The notes under the pieces were generated by a model, which worked only from the letters and a program-made list of their open reading frames with translations, ran no database searches and had not been told where the DNA came from. From the human T2T-CHM13v2.0 reference genome, Homo sapiens: 64,000 nt of DNA. Location of the stretch: the NCBI RefSeq assembly GCF_009914755.1, contig NC_060928.1; one strand, given 5' to 3'. This document shows, piece by piece, positions 1 through 13,044 of the stretch; position 1 is the first letter of the stretch; every line of letters begins with the position of its first letter. Made by a program: the position numbers and the translations under genes.

Positions 1-1734
1 TTATAGTTTCAAACTGATAAAAATAATCCAGAAACAGCTTAAAGATAATTTAGAGAGACAAAATTTTAAAAGATTTTGATAATGAAATAAGGGATGGGAT
101 CTGAGCAAAAGTGGGCATACTCTTTGTAGAAAAAAAAGGTTTTACTATTGTTTAAGAGTAGGTAAAGGGAGAAAATGGAGTTCATACATAGACAGGTTGG
201 TAAACCCCACTGCATTGCTACCAAAACTGAACATCATATGCATTCGGGGATATGTGTTAGCTATAGATAATGTTTTTCCTTTATTTTAGGTCTGATTTTA
301 TGAGATTGGATATCATTATAAAGTTATTTTTTTGCCATAAAAATTGTAATCTATCAGTAATCTAATTTTGTGCAAAAGTAAATTAGAGGTTCCTACACTT
401 AAATTAACACGTAAGTCAAAATGTTGTTTTACTAAGCTATTGTACATTGTATATTTCATTCTGGAGTACAAGTCATATTATCAGAAATCAGTAATTCATT
501 TTAAATTTTGATGACTTACTGTTTTCATAAATTTCTGCATTAAAAAAATTATTACTTAAAATATTTCTCTAAATATTTAAAAAACAGATCCCAAGTAAAA
601 ACAATCTAACTTGCTACAACTGAGGAATAAATTATTATTTTCTAATATTAAGTGCTATTTGAATGATTAGTACTAAAAAAATTAACTGATGAAATCAGTT
701 TTACTATTCAAAAGTCAATATGTCTGGTGAAAGGAATTGCAAGGCACTGGAATCTAGATTACTCTGAGAAATTTTGAAATAGCTTTCAGAATGTGTATTA
801 GATGTAGATAACTGCTATTTTAGAATTAAGTTTAAAGAAATATACCGTTCATAAGTTCTTGCAGAGAAGCAATGTTTGACACACTTAATATTTACCTCTG
901 TTTCCTTCCTTTATTAAGACATATTACCAACATATTGACAGACCATATAAAATATATGCAAATGATTTGTGACCACATAAACAACTTTTTACTTTTTTTT
1001 CACATGATGTAACAAATTATTTGAATTATGGAACTTTTAGTCCTTTCTGTTAATTTGTGTACTTCTTCCTTGAATCAAAGAGATAGGAAGTTCCACATGG
1101 ATGGATACATGCTGTGAAGCCCATTTTTAATTTTTCTTTGAAGACATTTTATAGACTATCACTACCACATGGTGTTTAAATAATGATAATTGTGACAAAA
1201 TTTCAATGAGATACAGAAAAAATTGTTTAGGGTGCATGACATGTATATTTAATCATTTTTTTTTTTACATATGTGTCATGAATCCAGGACTGGCCTAAAC
1301 TGTAATAGATGAAAGTGTCCTATTCAATCACACTAATAAAATGTATATTCTCAATCACCAGCTTGTTTAAAATATATTTCAACTTCCAAAAACCTTACTA
1401 AGTGAACAAATTAAAATCACTCAGGCTTGGTGTATTTAAGATATGATCTATAACACAGTTTACCTCTCAAGTATTCAATATATATATTTCCTCATGAATC
1501 TGAAATAAGTTAACAAACACTGTAGTATTTCTTCAAATGTTTAACACAGGCTTGGCTCAAGAATTAGAACTTGAACTGATGAACAACAGAACATTCATTA
1601 ATTCATGTCTGCCAAGTTTTTGTTAAGTAACTGTTTCTAATAAGTAAATTTATATTGAATGTTAGAGGGACTTTCTGCATATTGAAAACAGTCATCAAAT
1701 ACAAACTTCTTCATTCTTGAACGCTTGCTGTTAG

Positions 1735-2060
<326 letters not shown>

Positions 2061-5000
2061 TAGACATGCTATTGTATTTTTTAAAATTAAGACCAACTGG
2101 AATATATAACTTCCTAAATGTATTAACAGAATTTCTTCACGTTAAAGAAAATTTATTTAGAGAATTTTGGACTAACTGAATTTGTGAAGTAGCATGCACT
2201 TTTAATAATCTACTGGAGCCAGTTCGTGTATTCCTGTGAGTCCAATACCACTCAGGACTCCGCACAGGATAAGCCTCAGACAGACTGGTGTCAATTACAG
2301 CTCATTGCCTGAGATCCACAGCTTAATTTAGCTCATGTTCTGTTTCTTGGTGTTTTTTTATTTTTTATTTTTTATTCCCAAGAATTCTTACTCTGATATT
2401 CCCCTTGCGTTTTTGTTTGTTTGTTTTTTTGTTTTTTCTGGTTCTTCTCCTCAGTAATGAGTCACAATAAACGCTTTTATTGGGTTGCTTTCAGGGTCTC
2501 CTAGTTGATGCCTCATCTAGTTTTAAAGTCTGAGTCCAAGATCTTATCCTCAGGTACAGACCCTTCTGGCGTCTCCATAGTATCTCCACTGGAACACAGA
2601 AGACATGCCGTGACCTTTTAAGTCCTATGGATGACACTGATTTCTCACAGGACTAAGAAAAATCTGAAAGATTCTTCTTTCTCATTGTATTGAAGCATCA
2701 TCATTGTGCTAAACCGAAATTTAAAAATTTCGATTAATTATATATATATTCATAAATGTATGAATAATTTATAAGTATAAACATGTTTATATATAATTTG
2801 TAAATATATAAAAAATATATACATATAGCTTATATATTATATATATGTATGACCCTTAAACTGGGCACTGGGGCATTATTCATATGATATTTATTTCTTC
2901 TGAAAAAAGTTGTATGTAACATTGTTCAGCATTTGAAGTTTTAAATTTAGGTTCAAAACTGTAGAGTCCTGAAATGAAGTTTTTAGAAGGACTAGAAAAA
3001 GATGTTTTGTTTCTATCTTTACAGATAAAGGAATGCGCAATACAGGTCTTTTATCATGTGCTGTCAATCATGTGTCTCCAGAAAGATTAGATAAGATTCT
3101 CAGCAACTGAGCAGGAGATTGTTTGAGACCTACGTCCCTAGCTGGCTAGACCAGAATAGTACAATGACTTTTAGAGTCACTCAATTACCATACAACTAAG
3201 AGCTGACAAAGGATTTAACTGAGAACAATAGCAGAATTAGACAACATAATAAATAAAGACAAAAAGCGTGTGTGTATGTAGAAATGAAAAATTATTAGTT
3301 GAGGCTTACATAGTTTTGCAATATGCGTATCTCTTTTTAAAAAATATTGTAGGATATGTAACACTTTAATGGAAATAAATAAAATAAGAAACTCAGAGAT
3401 ATTTCAAATATTGCTTCTCTATATACTCCATTCAGCATTCAAAATTTTTTTATCATATACAGCAGCTGATTTCTAATCCAGAAGTTTCAAAAAAAAACTT
3501 TTCAGATTCACTGACTCTTTAAATTTGATTTTAGCTTTCTTCCTAGAAGTGAAAGCACATATTTATAGAACTACAATATTTGATACATAATTTCAGTGCA
3601 ATGTGGTCTGACTGAAGTTTACCTTCAGATTAAAAAACTTTGCCTTGAGGAAAGCTGACAGGTTTCTCTCTCCTCATCATGTACACCTCAAGGCCCTCCT
3701 AAAGAGAACAAATTCTCTATGGGTAAAAGGCAACAAAGTTTTCAAGAACACAAAATAAACCACCCCAGTAGGGTTGGGTCCTATTAATGGCCCCATTTCA
3801 CAGGGAGGAAATACTCTTTGATTTCTTTCTCTGGGGCTTAAAGATGTCTCTTGCTTGGAGACAAGACCTCCACAGTCCATGTGGAGCTCTGCTTAACAAG
3901 GTGGGCTCAGCTTAGCAATGGCATATGGCTTGCCTCTGCTTGTTCACATTACCAAGGATGAAGAGTAAATAGGGATTTGGGGTTGTTACTCTCACCAGAG
4001 GGTATGCATTTGGCTGGACTGCCAAATCCTGGGATAGTGGCAGAAGGACTGACGCCATTCAAGGCAGAGATCATGACCCTGACCATTTCTGTCTTTGACA
4101 GTGACTAACTGTAGATGTTGTTCTTTTGGGCTCTGGCTTTTACTTTTACTTTTGGCTTTTACTTTTCCCAAGGCTAGGATCCTAGGATCTCATAGCTCTG
4201 CTTCTGGCTGGGATCCTGTTCCATCACAGTTAGATTATTTTTACATTAGGTTGATACTATACACCCTACTAGCTGTGTAATCAGATATGCTCATTTCAAT
4301 ATCACATCTCCCGCATCAGACATTATAGACACTGAAATTTCATAGCAGATTCATATTTACTACAGATCCTTAAAGTTGTGGTATTTCCTGCTGATTTGCT
4401 AGGGCCAAAATAGCATGTTTCTGTATTACTTCAAGTTATCTGAAAATCTGTCCTCTCAAATTTCAGAGATCAAGAACATTATTAGTGCAATTTGGTGTAC
4501 AAAACTTATACTTCTAAAACCAAGGAGTAGGCCAGAATTGTTCCCTTATTTTGATAATAGATTGGTTTGTAAAGATTCCTGCTTTCTTCCCTTGTGTTTG
4601 TCATATCCTTGGAATCAGAAAGGAATCCTGATAAGATGACTGATGGAGGTCAAGAGGAGAGTCTGTTATGAAAGGCCACCCTGGGATGAAAATCAACACC
4701 TTGACTATATTGTTGTAGTACTTAAGTCAACTGATGTTAACATGTTAATGACATAACAAGACATTAGCTATTCAGCTTTTTAATTACCAAAAAATTTTAT
4801 ATAGATGTCCAAACCAATTGCAAATGGGAACAATTGGAAAATCACTTAAAATTTTGCTTTAATGTCAATTTCACTAAATCCTTAGTCACTGTAATATGGA
4901 TCATGATGTACAGTTAAAGGCTAACTTTATAATGAAAACTGCATTATTAGAAGTTATTCTTAAAATGCATAAAATTGTTTAAGATTTAAAAATCAGATTT

Positions 5001-5894
5001 TTAGGTACAGAATTTTCCCTCCTTTATTTCTATTTCAGAAATATGTAATACGTGTCATTGAAGACTTTTTCATTTAGACCACATACTTTTAGTAACTTAT
5101 TGCTATAATAAGTTACTAAGTTCCCAGGGGGAAATATAATAAGTTCCCAGGGGGAAAAACCTAGATGAACTTTTTTCCCTGAAACACTTTCATAATTTTC
5201 ATAAACTTTCTAAAACTTTAGTTATGAAAGTTTGATTGTTTCGCCCACTTAGCTTTGCTACCTGAAAGGAATATGTGACTTCCATTAATATTACAAGGAT
5301 TGAGATTGTTATAAGTGGTAAAATTATCCTTTGTTATTTTTCTTAAACTCTACTATAAAATAGATTTTGGAAACACTGAATAGTGTTTTTATATTTATAA
5401 TATCAGTTAATTTATACATTTATAATATCAGTTTTATAATTTATGATACCAGTTATAATATCAGTTAATGATTATTCCAAGATCCTACTGTCAGGCAATC
5501 CTTATTTCCCATTGTGGTACCCAAGTATTTATTTCAAGAGTTTTTAAATGCTTAAAATGATAATGTAGAAAGAGCTTGTAATATACTACCACAGCATAAC
5601 AGAAATGAAGAAACAGTAAAAAGTATCACAAAACTGTGAAATGGATCAAAGTTCAACGGTAATGGCATATGGATCTTACACCTCTTCAAGATGCCAGAGG
5701 ATTATTAAGATCAGGCTTGTGGAGCCCCAAAGTCATCACCTTACTGTTAATATTTGATAATTAATATGAGATACTCTGGTAGAAGTTAGTTCTGAGAAAT
5801 ATTTCCTTCATAGTTAGTGCTAATGAATATCTTTTTTTCTTTCAGCCACTGCTAAGGATAAACTGTGTCAAAAAAGATACTAGGTATAACCAAA

Positions 5895-6085
5895 TATAAA
5901 TTCTGACAACTACTAGTTGCATGACTTCAGACAAGTTATTTAATCCTTCTCATTTTTAATTTATGATTCTGGCAACTTGTTTCAATGATACTTTGAGGAG
6001 ATTTGTTAGAAATATACAGGGTCATACAGGTAAAGACAATTAGTACATCATTTGGCATTGTGCTTGTTCAATAACTATTGTTCTT
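5895..6085 (+). mobile_element. MIR SINE fragment
   Basis: Degenerate MIR core (ACTAGTTGCATGACTTCAGACAAGTTATTTAATCC) and a MIR-like 3' end (TTGTTCAATAACTATTG). Confidence 0.55.
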
Positions 6086-6159
6086 AGTTCCATTTTTGTT
6101 GTTAGTCTAATTTTTGGTGTTTAAATCATAAATTTTTGGTAAACTTAAATTTATCAGGA

Positions 6160-6246
6160 ATATATATATATATAAAACATATACTCATTACTCATATACT
6201 CATTATGAGTATATATATATATATATATATACACACACATACACAC
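6160..6246. repeat. (TA)n/(CA)n compound microsatellite with short ATACTCAT repeats
   Basis: Directly visible TA and CA runs. Confidence 0.8.
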
Positions 6247-6413
6247 TTATATTTGGAGACAAAAACACAAATTTACATTGTATAGGGATGTGTGTTATGT
6301 TAACCATGGATCAGATAAAAGGAGAGTAACTAATGTGATTTTGTTAATTGGCTGATAGTTCTTTCATGGACTTCATAGATCTCCCAGTTTCCTTACTCAA
6401 AAAAATTGGAATA

Positions 6414-6668
6414 TTTTTTTCTTTTTTTGAGACAGGGTTTTACTTTGTCACCCAGGCTGCAGTGCGAGGCAGGATCTTCGCTCACTGCAGCCTAGACTTT
6501 CCAAGGCTCAAGCAATCCTTCCATCTCAGCCTCTCTGGTAGCTGGGACTACAGGTGTACACCACCATGCCTGGCTAATTTTTGTATTTTTTGAAGCGCTG
6601 AAGTTTCGCCATGTTGCCCAGACTGGTCTTGGACTCCCGGGCTCATGCAATCCACCTGTGGCAGTCTC
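6414..6668 (-). mobile_element. AluJ-type SINE, 5'-truncated
   Basis: T-tract, then GAGACAGGGT...CCCAGGCTG...GCTGGGACTACAGG...CTAATTTTTGTATTTT. Highly diverged; lacks the first ~30 nt. Confidence 0.9.
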
Positions 6669-7282
6669 AGGAATAGCATTTAATATCCAGAAATTAATTA
6701 AAGATAAATGGGGATTAAACATTTAGAGGATTTATTTAGATACATTTCCTCTTTACATTTATTATTCTTAATAACTTTAACTCACTTAAGTATATAAAGC
6801 ACAACCGTTTATTTACAACTGTTCAGTGTCCAAAATAGACTCTAAATATTATATATAACCCAAACCAGGAAAGCATTTTTCAGAGATATAAATGTCCCTC
6901 TGAAATCTTTACACGCTTTAATGAAAATTGAATTTATTTGATGTTGCAGTTCAAATCCAGAGATACGGAGTGTAAGACAGTGAATTCATTATCCATATAC
7001 ATCTAGATATATCCTTTATGTATCTGGCTATTCTTAGCTGTATATTCTGAAGTAATTTAATTATGTTCTTCTCAATTTCTGCTTCTTTAAAATAGGTTAC
7101 TACTATTATTACTAAGGATGCTAAAGTTTCCACCACCACTATTATTACTTCTCAAGGCTAGTGTAAAATAACAATAATATTCTTAAAATATTAAAAAATA
7201 GTGTAACCAAATCATGGTGCATTTCTTAAACCCAGGAGATACACTAAGATATTTGTTTACATACATTCATGTTATATGTTTA

Positions 7283-8071
7283 TGATACGGGAGAGTTCCC
7301 TGATCCCCTTGGCAGGATGTGACACAGGGTTGTGGCTTGCCTGTTCAGCAGCTGCCACTGCTCAAACCCCTGACAGGAAGGGGAGCGCGCAGACAGGTAG
7401 ATGAAAAAGCCAGGGCGAATGCTCTGGGTTTCAGCCCCGCAGTAGTGTCTAGGGGTGGGTGCCTGCAGCTCCAGTGTTACAATGCTCTTTTAGCCTTGTC
7501 ATTTACAGACGGCTTACATGTTAGCCAGCTCAATGAACCCTGTGGCTTTTCAAGGGCAGGGAGCCAGTGTGACAGCTTTCTGTATCCCAAGCTCTTGTTC
7601 AGAGCCTGAAAGAATTGAGTCACACATGGGCTTGAAGGATAAATTCACGGTTTTATTAAGTGGTAGAGGTGGCTCTCAGCAAGATGGATGGGGAGCTGGG
7701 AGGGGAATGGAGTGGGAAGATGATCTGCCTCTGGAGTTTGGCCATCCAGTGGCTGAACTCTCCTCTGTCCATCCCCAGCCGGACTCCTCTCAGAGTTCAG
7801 ATGTTCCTTCCCCTCTCTCTTTCTTTGCCATGCTGTTCTGTCATTCTTCTGCTTGTCTCCTTGTCTGCACGTCTGCTCGTCTGCTTCTAGAGCCTGGGAT
7901 TTGGGATTTATGTGGGTGCAGGATAGGGGAGTGGCAGGCCAAAAGGCAACCTTTTGAGAGTGAAACAGAAATGTCTGTTCCCACTTAGGGCCATGGGTCT
8001 CCAGGCTTGAGGGTGAGGCCTTTGCTGGGGACCTCTTCTACCCAATATTTCCCTGTCTCCTGTCTGTATCA
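7283..8071 (-). mobile_element. ERV1 solo LTR, LTR27/LTR28/MER52 group
   Basis: TG...CA termini with perfect 4-bp TSD TTTA (7279-7282, 8072-8075). The minus-strand start TGATACAGACAGGAGACAGGGAAATATTGGGTAGAAGAGG resembles this LTR group. Confidence 0.8.
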
Positions 8072-8796
8072 TTTACATATATTAGAAGGTCTATATAATC
8101 ATCATTACTACTCTGAAACTGAATGCAAATCCTCAGAGCTATCCCAACACTTTTTAGTACCAATATGACATCCTCTACTTGTTTCTGATGTCCTTTCCAA
8201 CTATTCCTTAGTATTTGTGAATAAGAATCTACCATTAACTTCACAGAAAGTGAATTCCCATTCAGATGTGTGGTTAATCATATTTTTTTGTAATATTTTC
8301 TCTTGTTTTTTCTTTCCATCAAAAATTATTTACTATAACTTGGAACTGAGTGTTTACAAAATCGTAACTATACATGTTGCTCTTTCAAATGCAGAAAATT
8401 CTATCATTTTATCTGAAACTGGTAAGTACACTATACATATTATTTTCTTTTGAAAACATCATCCAAGAGATTTGGAATTCTACTAGCATTACCAGTTCAG
8501 GTTATATGACTGTGAAAGAGGTATGGAGGGAAATGAAATAAATTTATTTCTTAATAATAAGTGTGAGTTCTATTCACGAATTTAGGTGGAAATGACAGAT
8601 TGAGAAGGAAAGATACCAGTTTCGGCCAAGATACTGAAAGACTGAATAATTCTGATAGTACAATTACTTAAGATACAATTACTATAATTTGAAATGGGAG
8701 AAGGGGTGCAGAAAAATATGAAAGATGTAACTAATCTTTATTAAGCGTCTATGATATGTTAGTTTATTATGGATATAATGTGGGTTCTTTAATCAG

Positions 8797-8975
8797 GAAG
8801 ATGGTGTTCAAATTCAGGCTCTTCAGCTTACTAGTTGGTAACCTTGACTGAGTTATTTATCATGTCTGCATACCTCAGTTTTTCTTAACCATTAAATGGA
8901 AATAATAATAATACCTACTTTATAAAATGTCTACATGGATTAAATTTAAATGTATAAAACACTTAGAGCATACCA
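8797..8975 (+). mobile_element. MIR SINE
   Basis: GTTCAAATTCAGGCTC...CCTCAGTTTTTC...AAATGGAAATAATAATAATACCTAC...AAAACACTTAG is a MIR core. Confidence 0.75.
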
Positions 8976-8984
8976 TAGGTATAT

Positions 8985-9085
8985 TTCTACTTTTAAAGAA
9001 TAGGAAATGAAAATCTGTGAAAGTTAAGAAATTCTCAAGGTCACTGCAATCAGTAAGATGGATCAAAACTGGGATCCATCTGCTT
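8985..9085 (-). mobile_element. MIR SINE fragment, antisense
   Basis: TTTTAAAGAATAGGAAATGAAAATCTG...GTTAAGAAATTCTCAAGGTCAC resembles the reverse MIR core. Confidence 0.5.
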
Positions 9086-9504
9086 TTAAGTCAATGCTCT
9101 TTCTGCTGTGCTAAAATGAGACTAGGATAATAATAGATTGTGAAAATATCAATAGTAGGATCAAAATACAAATGAACTGTGCCGAGGTGAAATTTAAGGA
9201 AGAGGGAATGGCATGAAAAACAGATAGATGGTAGTTTTATAGTAATTACAAGAACTTGAAGGTATGGCAGCATAGCATTCAATAAACGTAAGATTGAGCT
9301 CAAAATTTTCTGGAAGGCTTTGTGGCTTACTATGGGGTGTTTGATATTCTGTGTCTTGTTTCCCTCTGAGGGTGTATTCAGAACCATCTCTATTTTCTTG
9401 TCATTAAGCAACATTCAGTCATTTTTTAGGTCCCACTGCCCCAGCCTGAGATTGCTAAATTTAAAAAGATTTTAGAGAAAACATAACAGACTTGTAACAA
9501 AATC

Positions 9505-9900
9505 TTTTATCACCATGGTCAAAGCCATTGCCATGTCTCCCCTGGACTAGTGTAAAGGCCTCATTACTCATGCATCTTCTGTTTATTTTTTATAGGTCAG
9601 CCCACATGAGTTTTTATACAGCAAAAATCAATATCTCCCTACCCCCACCTAAAAGCATACAAACCTTTCCAATATTACTTTCAAGGAGACCTAAGTGGCT
9701 TATCATGATCTCCAAAATCACACATAATTTGGCTCCTGCATACCCTATCACCCATTCACGTTACCAATCTAACTTACTCAGACCCAATCACAATGGATTT
9801 TCTTCTTTCTGTCTTTTGACCACAGAAATCTTAGTTCCCCTTGCAATTCCTTTGCCCTGGAATGGTCTATTTCAAGGTGAGGTCTCAACACTGACTTCTT
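9505..9900 (+). mobile_element. L2 LINE 3' fragment
   Basis: GCCATTGCCATGTCTCCCTGGACTAGTG...AATTTGGCTCCTGC...CCTTTGCCCTGGAATG are L2-like motifs. Confidence 0.55.
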
Positions 9901-9981
9901 TTTAAATTATTTTCTTTCCTAGTTTTTTACTTCTTTGTTTATCTCCCTCCTGCTTATTCACATGTAAAATAGAATAGAAGC

Positions 9982-11787
9982 TGAGAGGTGACAATGTGTT
10001 AGCAGCCCTTGCTCACTCTCAGTGCCTCCTCGGCCTCGAAAGGCATCTGCTCTGGCCACGCTTTAGGAGCCCTTCAGCCCGCCGCTGCACTGTGGGATCT
10101 CCTCTCTGGGCTGGTGGAGGCTGGAGCCAGCTCCCTCTGCTTGCAGGGAGGTGTGGAGGGAGAGGCGCTGGCGAGAACCAGGGCTGTGCATGGCGCTCGC
10201 AGGCCGGCGCAAGTTCTGGGTGGGCACAGGTTCGGTAGGCCCCATACTCCAAGCAGCCAGCCAGCATCACCAGTGCCAGGCAGTGAGGGGCTTAGCACTC
10301 AGGCCAGCAGCTGCAGAGGGTGCGCTGGGTCCTCCAGCACTGCCCCCCAACCTGCACTGGCTTGAATTCTCGCCAGACCTCAGCCGCCTCCCTGTGGGGC
10401 AGGGCTCGGGACCTGCAGCCCACCATGCCCGAGCCCCGCTACTCCCCATGGGCTCCCGCGCAGCCCAGCCTCCCCGATGGGCACCGCCCCATGCTCTGTG
10501 GCACCTGGTCCCATGGACCGCCCAAGGGCTGAGGAGTGCAGGCAGGTGGCATGGGACTGGTGGGCAGCTCCGCCCACAGCCCCAGTGGGGGATCCACTAG
10601 GCCAAGCCAGCTGGGCTCGTGAGTCGGGTGGGCACTTGGAGGACTTTTATCTCTACCTTGGGGTTTGTGGATGCATCAATCAGCACTCTGCATCTAGCTA
10701 AACTGGTGGGGACTTGGAGAACTTTTATGTCTAGCTAGAGGATTGTAAATGTACCAATCAGCACTCCGTGTCTAGCTAAAGGTTTGTAAGCCCACCAATC
10801 AGTGTTCTGTGTCTAGCTAATCTAGTGGGGACTTGGAGAACTTTTGTGTCTAGCTAAAGGATTGTAAAGGCACCAATCAACCCTCTGTGTCTAGCTCCGG
10901 GTTCGTGGATGCACCAATCAGTGCTCTGTGTCTAGCTAATCTAGTGGGGACTTGGATAACTTTTATGTCTACCTAGAGGATTGTAAGTGCACCAATCAGC
11001 ACTCTGTGTCTAACTAAAGGTTTGTAAACGCAACTATCAGTGCTCTGTGTCTAGCTAATCTAGTGGGGACTTGGAGAACTTTTGTGTCTAGCTAAAGGAT
11101 TGTAAATGCACCAATCAGCACTCTGTGTCTAGCTCAAGGTTTGTAAATGCAACAATCAGCACTCTGAGTCTAGCTCAAGGTTTGTAAATGCACCAATCAG
11201 CACTCTGAGTCTAGCTCAGGGATTGTAAACACACTAATCAGCACCCTATCAAAAAGGACCAATGAGCTCTCTGTAAAATGGACCAATCAGCTGTCTGTAA
11301 AATGGACCAATCAGCAGGATGTGGGTGGGGCCAGATAAGGGAATAAAAGCAGGCTGCCTGAGCCAGCAGCTGCAACCTGCTTGGGTCCCCTTCTACACTG
11401 TGGAAGGTTTGTTCTTTCGCTCTTTGAAATAAATCCTGCTTCTGCTCACTTTTTGGGTCCCCACGCCTTTATGAGCTGTAACACTCACCGCGAAGGTCTG
11501 CAGCTTCACTCCTGAGGCCAGCGAGACCATGAACCCACCGGGAGGAATGAACAACTCTAGACACACTGCCCTAAGAGCTGTAACACTCACTGTGAAGGTC
11601 TGCAGCTTCACTCCTGAAGCCAGCGAGACCACAAACCCACCAGAAGGAAGAAACTCCAAACATGTCTGAGCATCAGAAGAAACAAACTCTGGACACACCA
11701 TCTTTAAGAACTATAACACTCACCGTGAGCATCCATGGCTTCCTTCTTGAAGTCAGTGAGACCAAGAACCCACCAATTCCAGACACA
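9982..11787 (+). mobile_element. 5' LTR12 (LTR12D/E-like), 1806 bp
   Basis: GC-rich U3, tandem CCAATCAGCACTCTGTGTCTAGCT units, and U5 repeats GTAACACTCAC..GAAGGTCTGCAGCTTCACTCCTGA. Confidence 0.95.
10630..11350 (+). promoter_or_regulatory. LTR12 U3 enhancer/promoter: tandem CCAAT (NF-Y) repeat array, GATA site and AATAAA TATA-like box
   Basis: About a dozen ~41-bp and ~79-bp units bearing CCAATC or variants. CAGATAAGGGAATAAAAGC at ~11332-11350. Confidence 0.85.
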
Positions 11788-11790
11788 TCT

Positions 11791-11808
11791 TGGTGACCAC
11801 GAAGGTAC
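11791..11808 (+). other. Primer binding site, tRNA-Arg(TCG)
   Basis: TGGTGACCACGAAGGTAC, 3 nt after the LTR end. 16/18 match to the recalled tRNA-Arg 3'-end complement TGGCGACCACGAAGGGAC. Confidence 0.85.
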
Positions 11809-11911
11809 TATCACCTATCGCCAAGTGGTGAGACTATTGCCTATCACCAAGCGGTGAGACTATCACCTATTACCAAGTGGTGAGACTGTTGCCTATTGCC
11901 AAGCAGTGAGT
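11808..11911 (+). repeat. 26-bp tandem repeat x4 in the HERV9 leader
   Basis: Units of the form CTAT(C/T)(A/G)CCTAT..CCAAG.GGTGAGA, with GT dinucleotides at 11828, 11854, 11880 and 11906. Confidence 0.85.
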
Positions 11912-13044
11912 ACCATCAGACCCCTTTCGCTTGCTATTCTGTCCTATTTTTCCTTAGAATTCGAGGGCTAAATACCGGGCACCTGTCGGCCAGTTAAAAG
12001 CGACTAGCGCGGCTGCTGGATTAAAGACACAGGTGTCAGGCTTTCTGGGAAAGGGCTATCTAACAACCCCCGACTCTTTGGAGTTGGGACCGTTGGTTTG
12101 CTTGGAACCAGCTTCTGCTTTTCCTGTACTTCTGGGCTGAGCTGAGGGTCGACAGAGAGGAAAGCCATTCAGCTCCAGGGTCCCAACAACAAGTTCGTTG
12201 ACCCTGTGGCCACAAGCAGAACTCTCAAAGGCATGTCGCCCAAGTGAGACTTGCCCATCTATCCATCCTGACACTTGCCCCCTGGGTCCTAATACCTGCC
12301 AAACAAACTTCCGCTCGCCTGTCTTCTCCAAGGCTAGCCCTGCTTCTAAAAATCACTCCCTGTCTCTGGTGCTTTTCTAGTTTCTCCTATAAGAATGATT
12401 TCCAGTATAAACTCCAGGACTCTGTAACCTTCTTTAGGCACCTGGGATCACCAATCAGAAACACATAATTTTTGCCAAAGCCCCGTCAGGGTGGGGAACT
12501 ATCTTATCTGGAATTTTAGGATCCCTCCTCAGAGAAGCAGGCCTAACAAAAGCTATTTCTGAATCTAGGATATGAGGAGCCTCAGAAATTGTATCCTTCC
12601 TATTCATATAACTGAGGACAACAGACATCACTCTTCCAACCCTGGAGAGCCCTTCCTTCCCTCAGGGTATGGCCCTCCACTTCATTTTTGGGGCATAACA
12701 TCTTTATGGGACTCGGGGAAGTTCCCAGTACTAACAGGAGAATGCTTAGGACTCTAACAGGTTTTCGAGAATGCATTGGTAAGGGCCACCAAATCCGATT
12801 TTTCTCGGTCCTCCTGGTGGTCTAGGAGGGCTGGCAAGGGTGCAGGCTCTCAAGAATGCATCAGTAAGGGCCACTAAATCCGACCTTCCTCATTCCTCCT
12901 TGTGGTCTGAGAGGAAAACTAGTGTTTCTGCTGCTGCATCAGTGAGTGCAACTATTCCGATCAGCAGGGTCCAGGTACCGTTGCAGGTTCTTGGGCAGGG
13001 GGAGAAACAAAACATACAAAAACCGTGGGCGGTTTTGTCTTTCA

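Noticed and set aside
2215-4700. GC-richer patches (2215-2560, 3650-4280, 4510-4700) that may be old LTR fragments
   Set aside because: No termini, TSD or family could be recognised with confidence.
9996-10701. Many overlapping GC-rich ORFs (also 18192-18664)
   Set aside because: By-product of the GC-rich LTR12 U3; no protein motifs, and frames are not preserved between the two LTRs.
10630-11320. Regularly spaced repeats resembling a CRISPR array
   Set aside because: These are LTR12 U3 enhancer tandem repeats with no unique spacers, in a primate context with no cas genes.
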